64,000 bases of DNA from Ignavibacteriota bacterium (GCA_963701295.1 OY969585.1:864001-928000), one strand, 5' to 3'; counted from the stretch's first letter, positions 1 through 10,805 are shown. The notes: generated by a model not told the origin, from the letters alone. Program-made: numbers and translations.

Positions 1-658
1 GAAAGACACCGAACGGCAGCGCAAAAATCGGTACACCGGCAACGAAAAAAAGCACTGGCTCTGCCACTACCTGGTCGCGCACAAATACTTTCATTTTTGG
101 ACTTTCGAAATAGAAATGCGGATCCTTGGCATCACACGTAGTATACGTGCCATCAGCAATGCAGAGGACACTGGGTTCTACTTTCTTGATCTGCGTACCG
201 ACATAGTAGCCATTGTCCATCTGCGTGGTGCCGATCGTAATCTTTCCTTTCCGTGTCCGAAAATTGTACCTCACTTGATCGCCGTGATATTCATCGCCGC
301 CATCGCGCATTATAGGTTTGCCAATGACGGAATCCGCTTTTACCGTATCTGCTACGCCGTATGCAACAAGTGTTGCATCATCCCAATTTACATTCGCCCG
401 CTCAGATTTCAGACTGATGGTTTGGTACTGCATTTCACTTTTGCCATAGAGATTCATGTACCGCGTGCGGAGGGAATAGATAATGGAATCCTTCGCAGTA
501 TAATTTACAAGCGTATCGATGCTTGCGTTTTTCGTACGCTTCGTTGTATCATTTTGAGAGACCGGTACTTTCATGGTATCCGCTTTCACCGGTTGCGCAT
601 TTCCGATGCCGATAACGAAAGTAGAAACAAGGATGCAAGATAGAAGAAACCGTGTCAT
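1..658 (-). CDS. lptD: Putative LPS-assembly protein LptD, Bacteroidota type (N-terminal part; runs off the window start)
   Basis: Not in the ORF track; translated by hand from ATG at 658: MTRFLLSCILVSTFVIGIGNAQ (signal peptide)...VNYTAKDSIIY...YNFRTRKGKI...DGTYTTCDAKDPHFYF...VVAEPVLFFVAGVPIFALPFGVF. The YTTC..PH and P..LPF motifs are typical of the LptD N-terminus. Confidence 0.85.
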   Translation of the reverse strand, partial: MTRFLLSCILVSTFVIGIGNAQPVKADTMKVPVSQNDTTKRTKNASIDTLVNYTAKDSIIYSLRTRYMNLYGKSEMQYQTISLKSERANVNWDDATLVAYGVADTVKADSVIGKPIMRDGGDEYHGDQVRYNFRTRKGKITIGTTQMDNGYYVGTQIKKVEPSVLCIADGTYTTCDAKDPHFYFESPKMKVFVRDQVVAEPVLFFVAGVPIFALPFGVF

Positions 659-725
659 CGTGAACACAAGATAAATAAATATCGAGAGAAGTGCATCGAA
701 CGATGGACCGTTGAGAAAAGGTCTA

Positions 726-1265
726 TCACCACATCCCTAATTGTGCACACATGAGTGCACCGAAGAGATACTTTTCGTAATTCAGGTTTGCATAGGTATA
801 GAGACCAATTCCTGCAAACCGTGTCGGACGCCAAAACCATTGCGCTTCCAGCGGCAGACCAACGCTTGTATGAGTAGATATTGACGCAGGTGTTTCATAC
901 GCAGCACGCACCAATCCAATACCAGCACTGATGGAAATATAGGCTTGTTCTGTCTGCCACAGAGGTCCATACAAAACACCGTAATCGGAAAATTTGTAGA
1001 TCACCTGTGTTTGATCAATCTCTTGAACGGTGGGATTTTTATTCGTCACACCGATTATCCGCGCACTTATCAAGCTGTGCTCAAACTGATAACAGTACAC
1101 CATACCGGCATTCATTGAAAATGTACTGCCGACCAGCGAAGGGCCTGCTCCAAGATTTACCCACCAGGGATGATTTTGATTCTCGATTTGAGACTTGAGG
1201 TACGAGACAGGAGAGACAAGAATGAGAAATCCTGCCATCCATTTCAGACATCGTGACAGCTTCAT
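726..1265 (-). CDS. Hypothetical exported protein, probable small outer-membrane beta-barrel
   Basis: 179 aa ORF with signal-peptide-like N-terminus, alternating Gly/aromatic beta-strands and terminal Trp; co-oriented inside the operon. Confidence 0.6.
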   Translation of the reverse strand: MKLSRCLKWMAGFLILVSPVSYLKSQIENQNHPWWVNLGAGPSLVGSTFSMNAGMVYCYQFEHSLISARIIGVTNKNPTVQEIDQTQVIYKFSDYGVLYGPLWQTEQAYISISAGIGLVRAAYETPASISTHTSVGLPLEAQWFWRPTRFAGIGLYTYANLNYEKYLFGALMCAQLGMW

Positions 1266-1277
1266 ACAATTCCTTTC

Positions 1278-3434
1278 TTACAGCATTCCATTCCGTTTCC
1301 GAAGAAACCACTCCAGCGCAAATACAAAGATGACGAGTGCAAGCATCCAGCGAGAATTCCAGATTTCGATTTCCGCCGATTTACTGACTTCCCGTGGTCT
1401 GAAATTAGGTAAACTTGTAACATCGTGCAGAAGTGAACTAAATTCATTGCTTTCGTAGTATCGCCCTCCTGTTTGCGCAGCGATCTGTTGTAACAGCGGC
1501 TTATTCATTCGCGTCTCAAGGTACTCCGCATTAAAACCGCCTACAGAGAATGTACCTTGATCCTCTCCGATGCGTGTGCCATTTACTTTCACCGTTGCCG
1601 CAAATTTATATTCTCCCTCCGACAACCGATCATACACACCTTGATATTGACCGCTGCCGAGTGGGTTCAGTACCAGCGGACTCAAATCGTTTCTATGTTG
1701 TACGCTCACTTCGATCTGAGCATCATCCAACGGCTGAAAACTGTCGTCATATACTTGGGCAGTAAATTCCACGGCATCTTGTGATGCAAAAATATGTTTA
1801 GAAGGCTGAACAACAATTCGCCGTGCATCTTCTTGTGTTGTCAACCACCGAATGGCATTACCGAGAAAGCTCTCAAGTACTTTTTCCGTTCCGCTTCCAG
1901 AGCTGGAAAGCATATTCCAGCGCCACAATCCATAGCCAAGCACAGAAACGGATTTCTTCTTATTCACATTTCTTGCAACAATAAAAGGATCTTTCAGCGC
2001 CGCCGATTGGAATCGAACTGTAGCAAGAATCTCTGACTCAACTTTTGCTCGGAATATTCCCTTCGGTTGAAAGACAGGAGGTAGTTTGGACCATACCTCA
2101 AGTGAATTGGCAGCACTACTAATTTTTAAGATCGGGTTATTTCGCTGAGCTTCTGGAACATTGGCGAAGACTTGCAGTTCATTACCGTTAACACTTCCCG
2201 CACTGAACGGTAATACCGGATCGAATATATGCAGCTTGTCGAAATTCATTGTCCTGCTCAGCACAGTCAGCAAAGGCTTCTCAGCGTCCAACACCGCTTG
2301 CGTACTTTGTGAATTGCTGCGTGAGGTTGGGAAACCGATAAGGACCAAACAATCAGTTTCAGTAAATCCTTGTGCCGTCAGTTCACCTTCATAGAACCGT
2401 CCATTTTCCCGTTCGATGTAAGTTTTCAATTCAATATTTTTATCATTTGTCAACATGTTTTGGATACAAGCCACATCTTGGCTTGGTGAACCTGCAATGA
2501 GCGTCACATGCAATTTGCTTTTTAAGACTTTTGTGAAGAAACTCATGCGATTATTTTGTAGCGCAAGTTCACCGGGGAGTTGAGAAATTTCTGCCTCAAA
2601 TTTCTGCGTTCCCTCTTTCTCTGGAGTAAATGAGAGTGGAACAAGATAATCCCGTGTACCGGATTCCAACACCAACGATTTCTCGTCTAGTATTCTTGCA
2701 CTTTCAAGAAGAGACACTTGTACATGCTCTCCACCGAATCCCGTACTGTGCACTATTACATTTACAGGCACTTTAGTGCCGACATAGGTAATCTCATTTG
2801 TTAACACTTTACGAATGAGAATGTCCTTCTGCTCACTCGTATCGCCTACACCGATGGTGAACACTGGTACACCCAATTCCTCTGCTTCGTACAACGGATT
2901 CATTCCGACGGTTGAGTTGCCATCCGTGATGAGTACGACAGCTTGAAGATTGGAAGAAACAGAAGTTCGTTTGATCGACTTTAACGCTTCGGCAATGTCG
3001 GTCACCTCACCGTGCAGTGTTAATGAATCTTCAGCAATCACGCTTAGGTTTTGAACTTTTCCGTTGAAAAGCGAATAATCAACTATTCCGTCTTTACCTA
3101 TCTGCTGCCATACCGCAGAACGAAGGATCGATTTGAGCATCTCATCTCTTCGTCCAGCCTTATCTTCAATTGACATGCTCTGGGAATTATCCACCAACAC
3201 CGCAACAATGGGCCGATCAACTGAGTGCGTAATGAGTGAGAGGAGCGGTTCACCAATAAGTAAAAACAGAAAAAATAATCCTAAACTGCGGAGAGAAATG
3301 AGAACGATCCGTTTTGCCGAAGAAACAGGTGGCAAAGTGACATGATAGACAGCAATTGCTATTGCACTGGAACACATACCAGTGAGTACAAGGAGAACAA
3401 CATGGAATGAAAGAGAGAAGTGCAGCTCTGGCAT
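1278..3434 (-). CDS. Membrane-anchored vWA-domain protein
   Basis: Two N-terminal TM helices, MIDAS motif DNSQS with TDI and ITDG, Ig-like segment, C-terminal TM ending LEWFLRKRNGML. Confidence 0.8.
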   Translation of the reverse strand: MPELHFSLSFHVVLLVLTGMCSSAIAIAVYHVTLPPVSSAKRIVLISLRSLGLFFLFLLIGEPLLSLITHSVDRPIVAVLVDNSQSMSIEDKAGRRDEMLKSILRSAVWQQIGKDGIVDYSLFNGKVQNLSVIAEDSLTLHGEVTDIAEALKSIKRTSVSSNLQAVVLITDGNSTVGMNPLYEAEELGVPVFTIGVGDTSEQKDILIRKVLTNEITYVGTKVPVNVIVHSTGFGGEHVQVSLLESARILDEKSLVLESGTRDYLVPLSFTPEKEGTQKFEAEISQLPGELALQNNRMSFFTKVLKSKLHVTLIAGSPSQDVACIQNMLTNDKNIELKTYIERENGRFYEGELTAQGFTETDCLVLIGFPTSRSNSQSTQAVLDAEKPLLTVLSRTMNFDKLHIFDPVLPFSAGSVNGNELQVFANVPEAQRNNPILKISSAANSLEVWSKLPPVFQPKGIFRAKVESEILATVRFQSAALKDPFIVARNVNKKKSVSVLGYGLWRWNMLSSSGSGTEKVLESFLGNAIRWLTTQEDARRIVVQPSKHIFASQDAVEFTAQVYDDSFQPLDDAQIEVSVQHRNDLSPLVLNPLGSGQYQGVYDRLSEGEYKFAATVKVNGTRIGEDQGTFSVGGFNAEYLETRMNKPLLQQIAAQTGGRYYESNEFSSLLHDVTSLPNFRPREVSKSAEIEIWNSRWMLALVIFVFALEWFLRKRNGML

Positions 3435-3443
3435 CGGTGACGT

Positions 3444-5498
3444 CTACTTGAGAAATACCATTTTTTTAGCAATCACAGTGTCGTTCGTTTTTAGTCGATA
3501 GAAATAGACACCTGATGCGACCTGAACACCTTTGGCATTTGTTCCATCCCATAAAAACGAGTTACGACCTAATTGTGTATCACCACAAAAAATAGTTGTA
3601 ATATGCTGACCAAGAATATTCAGTACCGACAATTCTACATGTTCTGTTTTGGGAGCATCAAAGAAGATTGTTGTACTATTATTAAATGGGTTTGGATAAT
3701 TATTATATAGAACATACGATGTCGGTACTTGATTGACACTAATTGAATAAAGACTTTCCGGTGCATTAAAGGGGAAACGGCTGACGTATCCTGACTGTTC
3801 TCGAGCATAAAAATATCCGTAGACTAAGCTTTCTGTTCCGCTTGGGATGGATACAGTATACTCATTTGCATGACTGGTGGAACTCAACTGTTTGCGAAAG
3901 AATGATCCCGACTGTCCATAACGGTAATAAAACAACAGACTATCAACGACTAACCCTGATGATGCAACGATATTTGTAGTGATCGAAAAGAATGAATTTA
4001 TCCGCATAGCGCTGGGAGTATTACTGAATACAGGTCCATAAAATAACGCAGCAGCAAGTGCATCGACAAATCCGTACCCATAATAATTGTTTGGATATGT
4101 CGCAGTCTGACTTGTCCCTGTAGTAATGTGAACAGCCGTCTGGATCAGCGCCTCACGAACTTGCATTGGTGTTAATTCAGGATGCGTGGAGAGAACAAGT
4201 GCTGCTGCACCAGCAACAAGTGGAGTTGAGCATGATGTGCCACTTGCAGACTCGTATCCTGATGTTGCTGAACCATCTGCCCAATATACCGCCATTCCCT
4301 GTGCTACAACTTCCGGTTTAATACGGCCGTCAGAAGTGGGACCGGTACTGCTGAATGTAACAAGTTCTTCATCTGATGATGTTGCACCGACAGCAATAAT
4401 ACTATCGGCATCGGCAGGAGAATTGATAGTTGTATCCGCATACAGGAATTCATTACCTGATTTCGTGGCATATCCATCGTTCCCCATTGCTGTTACAAGA
4501 AGGACGCCTTTTCGAGCCGCAATTGAAGCGGCCTGCGCGACCTTTGTCGTTCTTCCATTCATATCAGAGGTTGTATAGTACGGCGACGACCAAAATTCTT
4601 TATAACCGAGCGAGGATGATGTAATATCAGCGCCAAGTCGTTCTGCCCATTCAAGACCGGCAACATATGTATCTTCTTCACTATGGAAATCGATGTTGTC
4701 GCCGCTGCTATCCATTTCGGTCTTGGCAAGAAGAAATGAAGCGCCATACGCCGCACCAATGAGTTGACCAGGATAAAATCCACCGACGGCAGAAAGTGTG
4801 CCTGCGCCATGTTCGCCTTGAATAGGATCTTCCCATGGCTGGTGATTTACATCATTGATATTGTGAATGAAGTCATATGTTGAGATCACTTTGATATTTT
4901 TTAGTGCATCATGTATACGATAATTATTAAATCCATCATCTATCATACCGATAAGAACACCTGTACCATTCACGCCAACCGCATGAAGATCAACCACTTT
5001 TATATTCGTCAACTGTGTTGCCGATGGCCCATAGTCTAGACCTTGAGAACCTGATGCTTTCTTAAACGGCGATGGAGGTTGTATATTTGAAGATGGTACC
5101 GGTCTTGGGCGTTTCATCACTGCCACTTGTTCCGTGGTAGCCACTGGAAGCAATTTATTTACTGCTTGAATTTGTTGTTGCGTCCCTTCCACCGAAACAG
5201 CATTAAGCCATCGTGATATAGTCCGTATCCTGACTCCTGTTTGTTTAATTTGAGCAATAACAGCATCCGAAATAGGAAGGTCAAGTTGGTCAATGAGACG
5301 ATCTGGAGGAAGCACTTTCGTACGGCGTTTGAGTGCACGTTCTGAGATACCAAGCAAGGCAGGATTGGTTGATTGAAATGTTGTTGTACCTTTATCGCGG
5401 AAAAACACCCACACGTGCTGGAGAGAAGAAGACTGCGCGCTCGCAACCTCCGACAGCAATATCATCACACAGAGTAGTGTCTGCGTTTGCTTTTTCAT
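3444..5498 (-). CDS. S8 subtilisin-like serine peptidase with T9SS type-A/FlgD-Ig C-terminal domain
   Basis: Catalytic triad motifs GMIDDG, HGAGTLS, SGTSCSTP; C-terminus NYPNPFN...ASGVYFYRL...KKMVFLK; signal peptide. Confidence 0.92.
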   Translation of the reverse strand: MKKQTQTLLCVMILLSEVASAQSSSLQHVWVFFRDKGTTTFQSTNPALLGISERALKRRTKVLPPDRLIDQLDLPISDAVIAQIKQTGVRIRTISRWLNAVSVEGTQQQIQAVNKLLPVATTEQVAVMKRPRPVPSSNIQPPSPFKKASGSQGLDYGPSATQLTNIKVVDLHAVGVNGTGVLIGMIDDGFNNYRIHDALKNIKVISTYDFIHNINDVNHQPWEDPIQGEHGAGTLSAVGGFYPGQLIGAAYGASFLLAKTEMDSSGDNIDFHSEEDTYVAGLEWAERLGADITSSSLGYKEFWSSPYYTTSDMNGRTTKVAQAASIAARKGVLLVTAMGNDGYATKSGNEFLYADTTINSPADADSIIAVGATSSDEELVTFSSTGPTSDGRIKPEVVAQGMAVYWADGSATSGYESASGTSCSTPLVAGAAALVLSTHPELTPMQVREALIQTAVHITTGTSQTATYPNNYYGYGFVDALAAALFYGPVFSNTPSAMRINSFFSITTNIVASSGLVVDSLLFYYRYGQSGSFFRKQLSSTSHANEYTVSIPSGTESLVYGYFYAREQSGYVSRFPFNAPESLYSISVNQVPTSYVLYNNYPNPFNNSTTIFFDAPKTEHVELSVLNILGQHITTIFCGDTQLGRNSFLWDGTNAKGVQVASGVYFYRLKTNDTVIAKKMVFLK

Positions 5499-5534
5499 CT
5501 ATGTCTTCTTGGAGCTTCGCAATCACAATGCTGG

Positions 5535-6539
5535 TTATGACTTCACATCGTGAACTAATTTTTCAACAATCTGAATAGCTGAAACACCTTCTGCCTCTGC
5601 ATTGAAGCTTGTCACAAGACGGTGACGCAACACTGGTCCGGCTATTGCTTTCACATCGTCGATATCCGGAGTAAAGCGCCCGCGGAGAATTGCGCGGGCT
5701 TTTGCGCCAAGAATGAGATACTGTGATGCCCGCGGACCCGCTCCCCACCGAATCCAATTCTTGATATAGACTGGTGCATCTGATGATGATGGACGTGTCG
5801 AATCTGCCAGCCGTACAGAATATTCGATGACATTATCTGCCACAGGCACACCGCGCACAAGATTTTGAAATTCAACAATATCATGAGCAGAAAGAATGTG
5901 TTTGACCGATGCATCATATTTGCTCGTAGTGGATTTGACAATTTGAACTTCTTCCGCAAACGACGGATAGTCGAGCCAAAGATTCAGCATGAAACGATCA
6001 AGCTGTGCTTCGGGTAATGGATACGTTCCTTCCTGTTCAATAGGATTTTGCGTGGCAAGAACGAAGAATGGTTCATCGAGCAAATAGGTTTCGCCGGCAA
6101 CTGTCACGTGATGTTCCTGCATTGCTTCTAACAATGCCGCTTGCGTTTTCGGCGGCGTTCGATTGATTTCATCGGCAAGAATCATGTTGGCAAATACCGG
6201 ACCGCGCACGAACTTGAATGCCTTTGCTCTGGTAGATACATTCTCTTCGATAATTTCTGTTCCGGTAATATCGCTCGGCATCAAATCTGGAGTAAATTGG
6301 ATACGGCTGAATTTTAAATCCAATGCTTGCGCCAGTGTTTTAATCAAAAGCGTCTTTGCTAATCCCGGCACACCAATAAGCAGACAATGTCCGCGCGAGA
6401 GCAGCGTAATACAGAGATGTTCAATAACAATATCCTGTCCTACGATCACGTGAGCGATTTCTGATCGCAGATCTTTATATGCTTGTGCGAGTTGGTTTAC
6501 AAATTCGACATCGCCTAATGGTTTTGTGCTTTTCGCCAC
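5535..6539 (-). CDS. moxR: MoxR-family AAA+ ATPase
   Basis: Walker A GVPGLAKT, RIQFTPDLMPSD, LADEINRTPPKTQAALLEAMQE, ATQNPIEQEGTYPLPEAQLDRF. Start moved to GTG at 6539 (AGGT upstream); the ORF track starts at 6575. Confidence 0.95.
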   Translation of the reverse strand: MAKSTKPLGDVEFVNQLAQAYKDLRSEIAHVIVGQDIVIEHLCITLLSRGHCLLIGVPGLAKTLLIKTLAQALDLKFSRIQFTPDLMPSDITGTEIIEENVSTRAKAFKFVRGPVFANMILADEINRTPPKTQAALLEAMQEHHVTVAGETYLLDEPFFVLATQNPIEQEGTYPLPEAQLDRFMLNLWLDYPSFAEEVQIVKSTTSKYDASVKHILSAHDIVEFQNLVRGVPVADNVIEYSVRLADSTRPSSSDAPVYIKNWIRWGAGPRASQYLILGAKARAILRGRFTPDIDDVKAIAGPVLRHRLVTSFNAEAEGVSAIQIVEKLVHDVKS

Positions 6540-6575
6540 ATGCGTACCTATGATAAGTGTTGTGTACACCGCCAA

Positions 6576-7850
6576 TCAAAGGCGGATATCGACGTAAATT
6601 GTCTTTTTCAGTTCATCAAGCCACTCCGCATTGAGCTTATTACGTTTCATGTAAAGTGCAAGTTGCTCAATGCGTTTATAATCATCTTGAATATTGATGG
6701 CATGTGGTAGTGTTCGTTTACGCATCCAAATAATGTGGAATCCATAAGATGCTCCGACCACGGTTCGCTGTGCCTTGCTTATTTCCCCCGCTTTCATATC
6801 CTTAATTTGTCCTGCAAAATCCGGCTGTAACTGATCCACAGTTAAATTACCTAAATCGCCGCCGACTGATTTTGTATCTTCATCTTCTGAATACTTGCTT
6901 GCAAGTTCTGCAAATGATTCACCTTTCAATACTCGTTCCCGTAGAGCCCGCAACGTATCTACGGTTGCAGAATCGCTCGCAGGTCCTTTGTCGATCTTCA
7001 TAAGAATATGCCGTGCATGTACGGATTCCCCTCGCCTGCCCATTAATTGAATGATATGAAATCCAAATTGTGTCCTGACAATTCCAGAGATGTCGCCTTC
7101 TTTCAATCCGAAGACAGTCTCTTCGAATTCTCGTACAAATACTCCGCGCTTTTCCCATCCCAAATCGCCGCCGCTGGCTGCAGATCCAGGATCTGTTGAA
7201 TACCGTTTTGCAAAATCAGCAAAATCACCGCCGGCATGAATACTGTCAAGAATCGATTGCATCAATTGACGTGTTTTTGCTTCCACCGCTGTATCGGGTT
7301 TGGGTACAATATAAATATGGCTCAACTCGAACTCTTCCGGAACCTGCGGCAAGCTATCTCTGAAAGATATAAAGAAGTCCTCCACCTCGCGCCGTGTGAC
7401 AGAGATCGAAGCTTCTCGCTGCTGGCGCACTTTCTGCACCAGAAGTTGATTCTTGATTTCCGTTCTGTATTCAAGTTTGATGCGGCTTATGGATTTACCG
7501 TACATTTGTTCTACTCGCTGCTCGGAACCAACCTGCCGGACAAAATTTGCTATTTGCTGGTTGAGCGCGTGTGTGATTTCGTCATCCGTCACTTCGACGC
7601 TGTCAATCAATGCTTGAGCAAGAACGAGCTTCTCTGAGACCAATCCATCAAGTACTTGAGTACGTAATCCTTTTTGATTCGGATCGATGCGGTTTTGCAT
7701 TGCAAGAAATGACACTCGCTCGTTCAATTCTGATTCTGTGATGATTTCCTTGTCCACAACCGCCACAATACGATCAATCAAGGTCTGAGCCGATAGTGTC
7801 AATGGAATCAGGAGGATTGCCAGCAATAAAAATTTTTGAGCGTACTTCAT
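6576..7850 (-). CDS. surA: SurA-like periplasmic chaperone / parvulin PPIase
   Basis: IDRIVAVVDKEIIT N-domain and two rotamase domains (FADFAKRYSTD..GGDLGW; FAELASKYSED..GGDLG; GFHII). Confidence 0.9.
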   Translation of the reverse strand: MKYAQKFLLLAILLIPLTLSAQTLIDRIVAVVDKEIITESELNERVSFLAMQNRIDPNQKGLRTQVLDGLVSEKLVLAQALIDSVEVTDDEITHALNQQIANFVRQVGSEQRVEQMYGKSISRIKLEYRTEIKNQLLVQKVRQQREASISVTRREVEDFFISFRDSLPQVPEEFELSHIYIVPKPDTAVEAKTRQLMQSILDSIHAGGDFADFAKRYSTDPGSAASGGDLGWEKRGVFVREFEETVFGLKEGDISGIVRTQFGFHIIQLMGRRGESVHARHILMKIDKGPASDSATVDTLRALRERVLKGESFAELASKYSEDEDTKSVGGDLGNLTVDQLQPDFAGQIKDMKAGEISKAQRTVVGASYGFHIIWMRKRTLPHAINIQDDYKRIEQLALYMKRNKLNAEWLDELKKTIYVDIRL

Positions 7851-7858
7851 ATTTCTTC

Positions 7859-8707
7859 CTATTCTTCGATTTTCGGCTTTCCGGAATCGGACGTCGAGTT
7901 CACGAACACTTCAATTGCATGTTTTGCACGAAGATTTTGAATGAGCTGATCAAATAATTTTCGTCGTCGCTCAACAGTCAATCTTCCGCGGATTTCCTGC
8001 TCCACCATTGGTACTTCTGCAGTCTGTCCTTGTTTGACAAATTTCCAGACAACAAGAATGTAATAACCGTTATCAGTATTAATAGGAAAGGAGAGTTCAC
8101 GGATTGCCACTTTCGTGGCAACTCGCCATAGTTCTGCCGGCATAAACGTCGCTTGCGTTTGATACGATGAATCTATACGCATCAGAATAGAAGTTTCTTG
8201 TTGAATGACAGCAGAACTCCACGGTGTTCCTTTCAAAACAAGATTGCGAAATTCCGTAGCGGCATCTCGATTCTTAAAGAGCGCATAGCTGACCAATGCG
8301 ATGTCGTGCATCAGATTGAATTCCTTGATATGTGCATCGTAGTACTGTCGGATATCCTGTAGAGAGAAGTTTGACAGTTGCTGGGAATAGACTTCTTTAT
8401 CCAGCAGAGCATTGATCGTAAGCTGGCGCCGCACATCTTCCACTTTCTGATTCATCTCATCTGAGCGATCCAACCCACGTTCTACTGCTTCGCGATAAAG
8501 CGATTCTTCCGTCAGCCACCGTTGAATGTACTGCTGAATTTGTGCTGTCGATGGCTCGTATGATGTATCGATATGTGCACGTATTTCTTCTAATGCCAAC
8601 GTTTTATTATCAAGACGGGCAATAGGCGTCTTCCCTGATTCCGTTTTGGAACAACCAGCCGCCATAACAACAAAAAGAGTCGCGAGTAGAAATTTATTGG
8701 GATTCAA
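7859..8707 (-). CDS. PpiC/SurA-N-like lipoprotein with degenerate rotamase domain
   Basis: Lipobox AAGC, SurA_N-like helical region, S.PI.T..GYYIL remnant; lies between two PPIase genes. Confidence 0.75.
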   Translation of the reverse strand: MNPNKFLLATLFVVMAAGCSKTESGKTPIARLDNKTLALEEIRAHIDTSYEPSTAQIQQYIQRWLTEESLYREAVERGLDRSDEMNQKVEDVRRQLTINALLDKEVYSQQLSNFSLQDIRQYYDAHIKEFNLMHDIALVSYALFKNRDAATEFRNLVLKGTPWSSAVIQQETSILMRIDSSYQTQATFMPAELWRVATKVAIRELSFPINTDNGYYILVVWKFVKQGQTAEVPMVEQEIRGRLTVERRRKLFDQLIQNLRAKHAIEVFVNSTSDSGKPKIEE

Positions 8708-10688
8708 CCCGTTTCCTCTTGAATGCTTCTGTCAGAGCTTCTTTATTGACGGTCACTGGATACTTTTTCTTGAGCGCTTCAATCCATTCTTGCTCACGCT
8801 GTTTCGATGCCATTTCTTGATATCCGCTCGTGACCTCTGGCATTGCTTCCTCGAATGTCTTCACGTGTGCGCTGTCCTTACCCAACGCCTTAATGATAGA
8901 CCAACCTATTTGAAACTTAAATGGAGTCGTGATGCTGTCGACTGCCATTGTTGACGCCTTCAATGACAAATCATTGAATGTGAATGGTTGGAACCCCCAC
9001 ACACCTTTCTTTTCTTGATACCCGGAGCGATTGGTATATTCTTGTGCGACATTCATAAAGTCCTTACCGGATTTCACTTTTTGGTATGCTATTTTCGCCA
9101 GACTATCTGTTTTTGTATAGATTTCGGCAAAGTTGATGCGTTCCGGCCAGCGGTAATTTTCCATGTGCGCATTGTAATATTCCCTCAACAGGGAATCATT
9201 CATCACAACCTTTTTCCATACTTCGTCCTGTTCGATACGATAGAGGAGCGCTCCCTCTTCATATTCCTGCAGGAGTTGAGCGAGTTCAGGATGTCTCTCT
9301 ACAGCATGACGTGTATGTTGTTCGAGCGCTATGACATCGACAACCTTTGTCACGAGTAGCCAAACATTTGCGGGAGTTAAGCGATAGCTTTTATATTCAT
9401 TTGTTGTTATTACTTTATCGGCAAAATCTTTTACTTTAAATGGGCGGCCTGTGCAATGGATCAGCGTTGTTTGCAAAATTTCAATTGAGAGTGTATCTTT
9501 CCAATTTTCATTACCGGCCGTCTTCGTGGTGTCGATCTTGGGAATCAACATATTCACAACTGTAGAATCGATGAGAACATGGTATTGAGCTTTCAACTTC
9601 TCTACGTAATTTTTATACTCATACTGATAACGCGCTTTTTGGTACTGATTCTTAAGATCCTCATGCATTTCTACAAACGGTGGCAATCCTTTTTTTTCTG
9701 TGAGTTTGAAAATATGATAACCATAATTGAACCTCATCGGCTCTGATATAGAATCGATTTGCAACTTGAAGAATACATCTGCAATCGCTGGCGAAATCCG
9801 TTCGTGTTCAAAGAATCCGATGTCGCCATTGTTTGTGGCGCTTTTAAGATCTTGACTGTATTTTTGCACCACTTCTTTAAAACCAGCACCGCTTTTTAAT
9901 CGCTTATATAACATCCAAGCGGTATCACGAACTGCAGCAGTATCGCTTAATGATCCATTGAATCGAAGGAGAATATGGCTTATGCGGACAGATCCTGGAT
10001 TCGGCTGCCGAGCTGTTACTTTTATTACGTGATACCCATATTGAGTGCGTATAGGTCTTTTGGTATACTCTCCAGGTTTCAGTAAAAAACACGCATCACC
10101 GAACTCCGGCACCATCTTATCGCTTATAAAGAAACCGAGATCGCCATAGTTCGACTTCGCTTTTGGATCTTCCGAATACCGAGATGCAAGTGAATCAAAG
10201 GGAGTAGAAGGGATTTGATCGATAACATTCATTGCGCGTATATATGCTATAAGCGTATCTTCGGGTGTTGCATTTCTCTGAAGACGGAAGAGTATGTGAC
10301 TTGCATGTATTTCTTCTTTTTCCCTGTCATAAAGTTTTTGAACGCCCGGTTCTACAACCTCTTTCTCGATCATATAAGACTGAGCAACAGAGGTATTATA
10401 GGAATCCATCTCGCTGACAATAGCAGAATCCTTCTCCAGTCCCTGTGCACGTGCTTCTTTAACCTTAAGCCTAAATTTTACTAGCAGGTCAAGAAATTTT
10501 TGCCGGTCTTCAAACGACGTGGCAGCGCTTGTATCCCAGCCGCCATTGTTTTTAACAAAGTTGTCTTCAAAGCTGCGGAGTGTGATCTTTTCATCACCAA
10601 TAGTAGCAAGAATGGGATTGGATGCCCCGCAACCGATGAAAAGAATAACTATAAAAAGAGAAACTCCGAGAATAAACATGCGTGTCAT
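8694..10688 (-). CDS. Multi-domain parvulin peptidyl-prolyl isomerase (lipoprotein)
   Basis: IHASHIL, GDLGFF, YGYHVIKV, ISHILL motifs; lipobox FIGC. Start set at ATG 10688 with AGAGG SD, because the longer track ORF crosses a promoter and terminator. Confidence 0.9.
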   Translation of the reverse strand: MTRMFILGVSLFIVILFIGCGASNPILATIGDEKITLRSFEDNFVKNNGGWDTSAATSFEDRQKFLDLLVKFRLKVKEARAQGLEKDSAIVSEMDSYNTSVAQSYMIEKEVVEPGVQKLYDREKEEIHASHILFRLQRNATPEDTLIAYIRAMNVIDQIPSTPFDSLASRYSEDPKAKSNYGDLGFFISDKMVPEFGDACFLLKPGEYTKRPIRTQYGYHVIKVTARQPNPGSVRISHILLRFNGSLSDTAAVRDTAWMLYKRLKSGAGFKEVVQKYSQDLKSATNNGDIGFFEHERISPAIADVFFKLQIDSISEPMRFNYGYHIFKLTEKKGLPPFVEMHEDLKNQYQKARYQYEYKNYVEKLKAQYHVLIDSTVVNMLIPKIDTTKTAGNENWKDTLSIEILQTTLIHCTGRPFKVKDFADKVITTNEYKSYRLTPANVWLLVTKVVDVIALEQHTRHAVERHPELAQLLQEYEEGALLYRIEQDEVWKKVVMNDSLLREYYNAHMENYRWPERINFAEIYTKTDSLAKIAYQKVKSGKDFMNVAQEYTNRSGYQEKKGVWGFQPFTFNDLSLKASTMAVDSITTPFKFQIGWSIIKALGKDSAHVKTFEEAMPEVTSGYQEMASKQREQEWIEALKKKYPVTVNKEALTEAFKRKRVESQ

Positions 10689-10761
10689 AGTTCTTTTTAC
10701 CTCTATTTTTTGATTTTGAGATGATAGGTGCAATACCTTAGTAAGTAAAAAAGTAATCAAA

Positions 10762-10790
10762 AATGGCTCAGCAAGCAAGAAATTGTACGG
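10762..10790 (-). promoter_or_regulatory. Candidate sigma70 promoter for the PPIase-MoxR-lptD operon (coordinates approximate)
   Basis: TTGCTT-N17-TACTTT on the minus strand, just downstream of the gld terminator. Confidence 0.4.
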
Positions 10791-10805
10791 GCAAAGCAAG
10801 AAGTA

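Noticed and set aside
116-643. 175-aa plus-strand ORF, and the many other short track ORFs nested in long genes
   Set aside because: Antisense or out-of-frame shadows of recognisable genes; this one lies opposite lptD.
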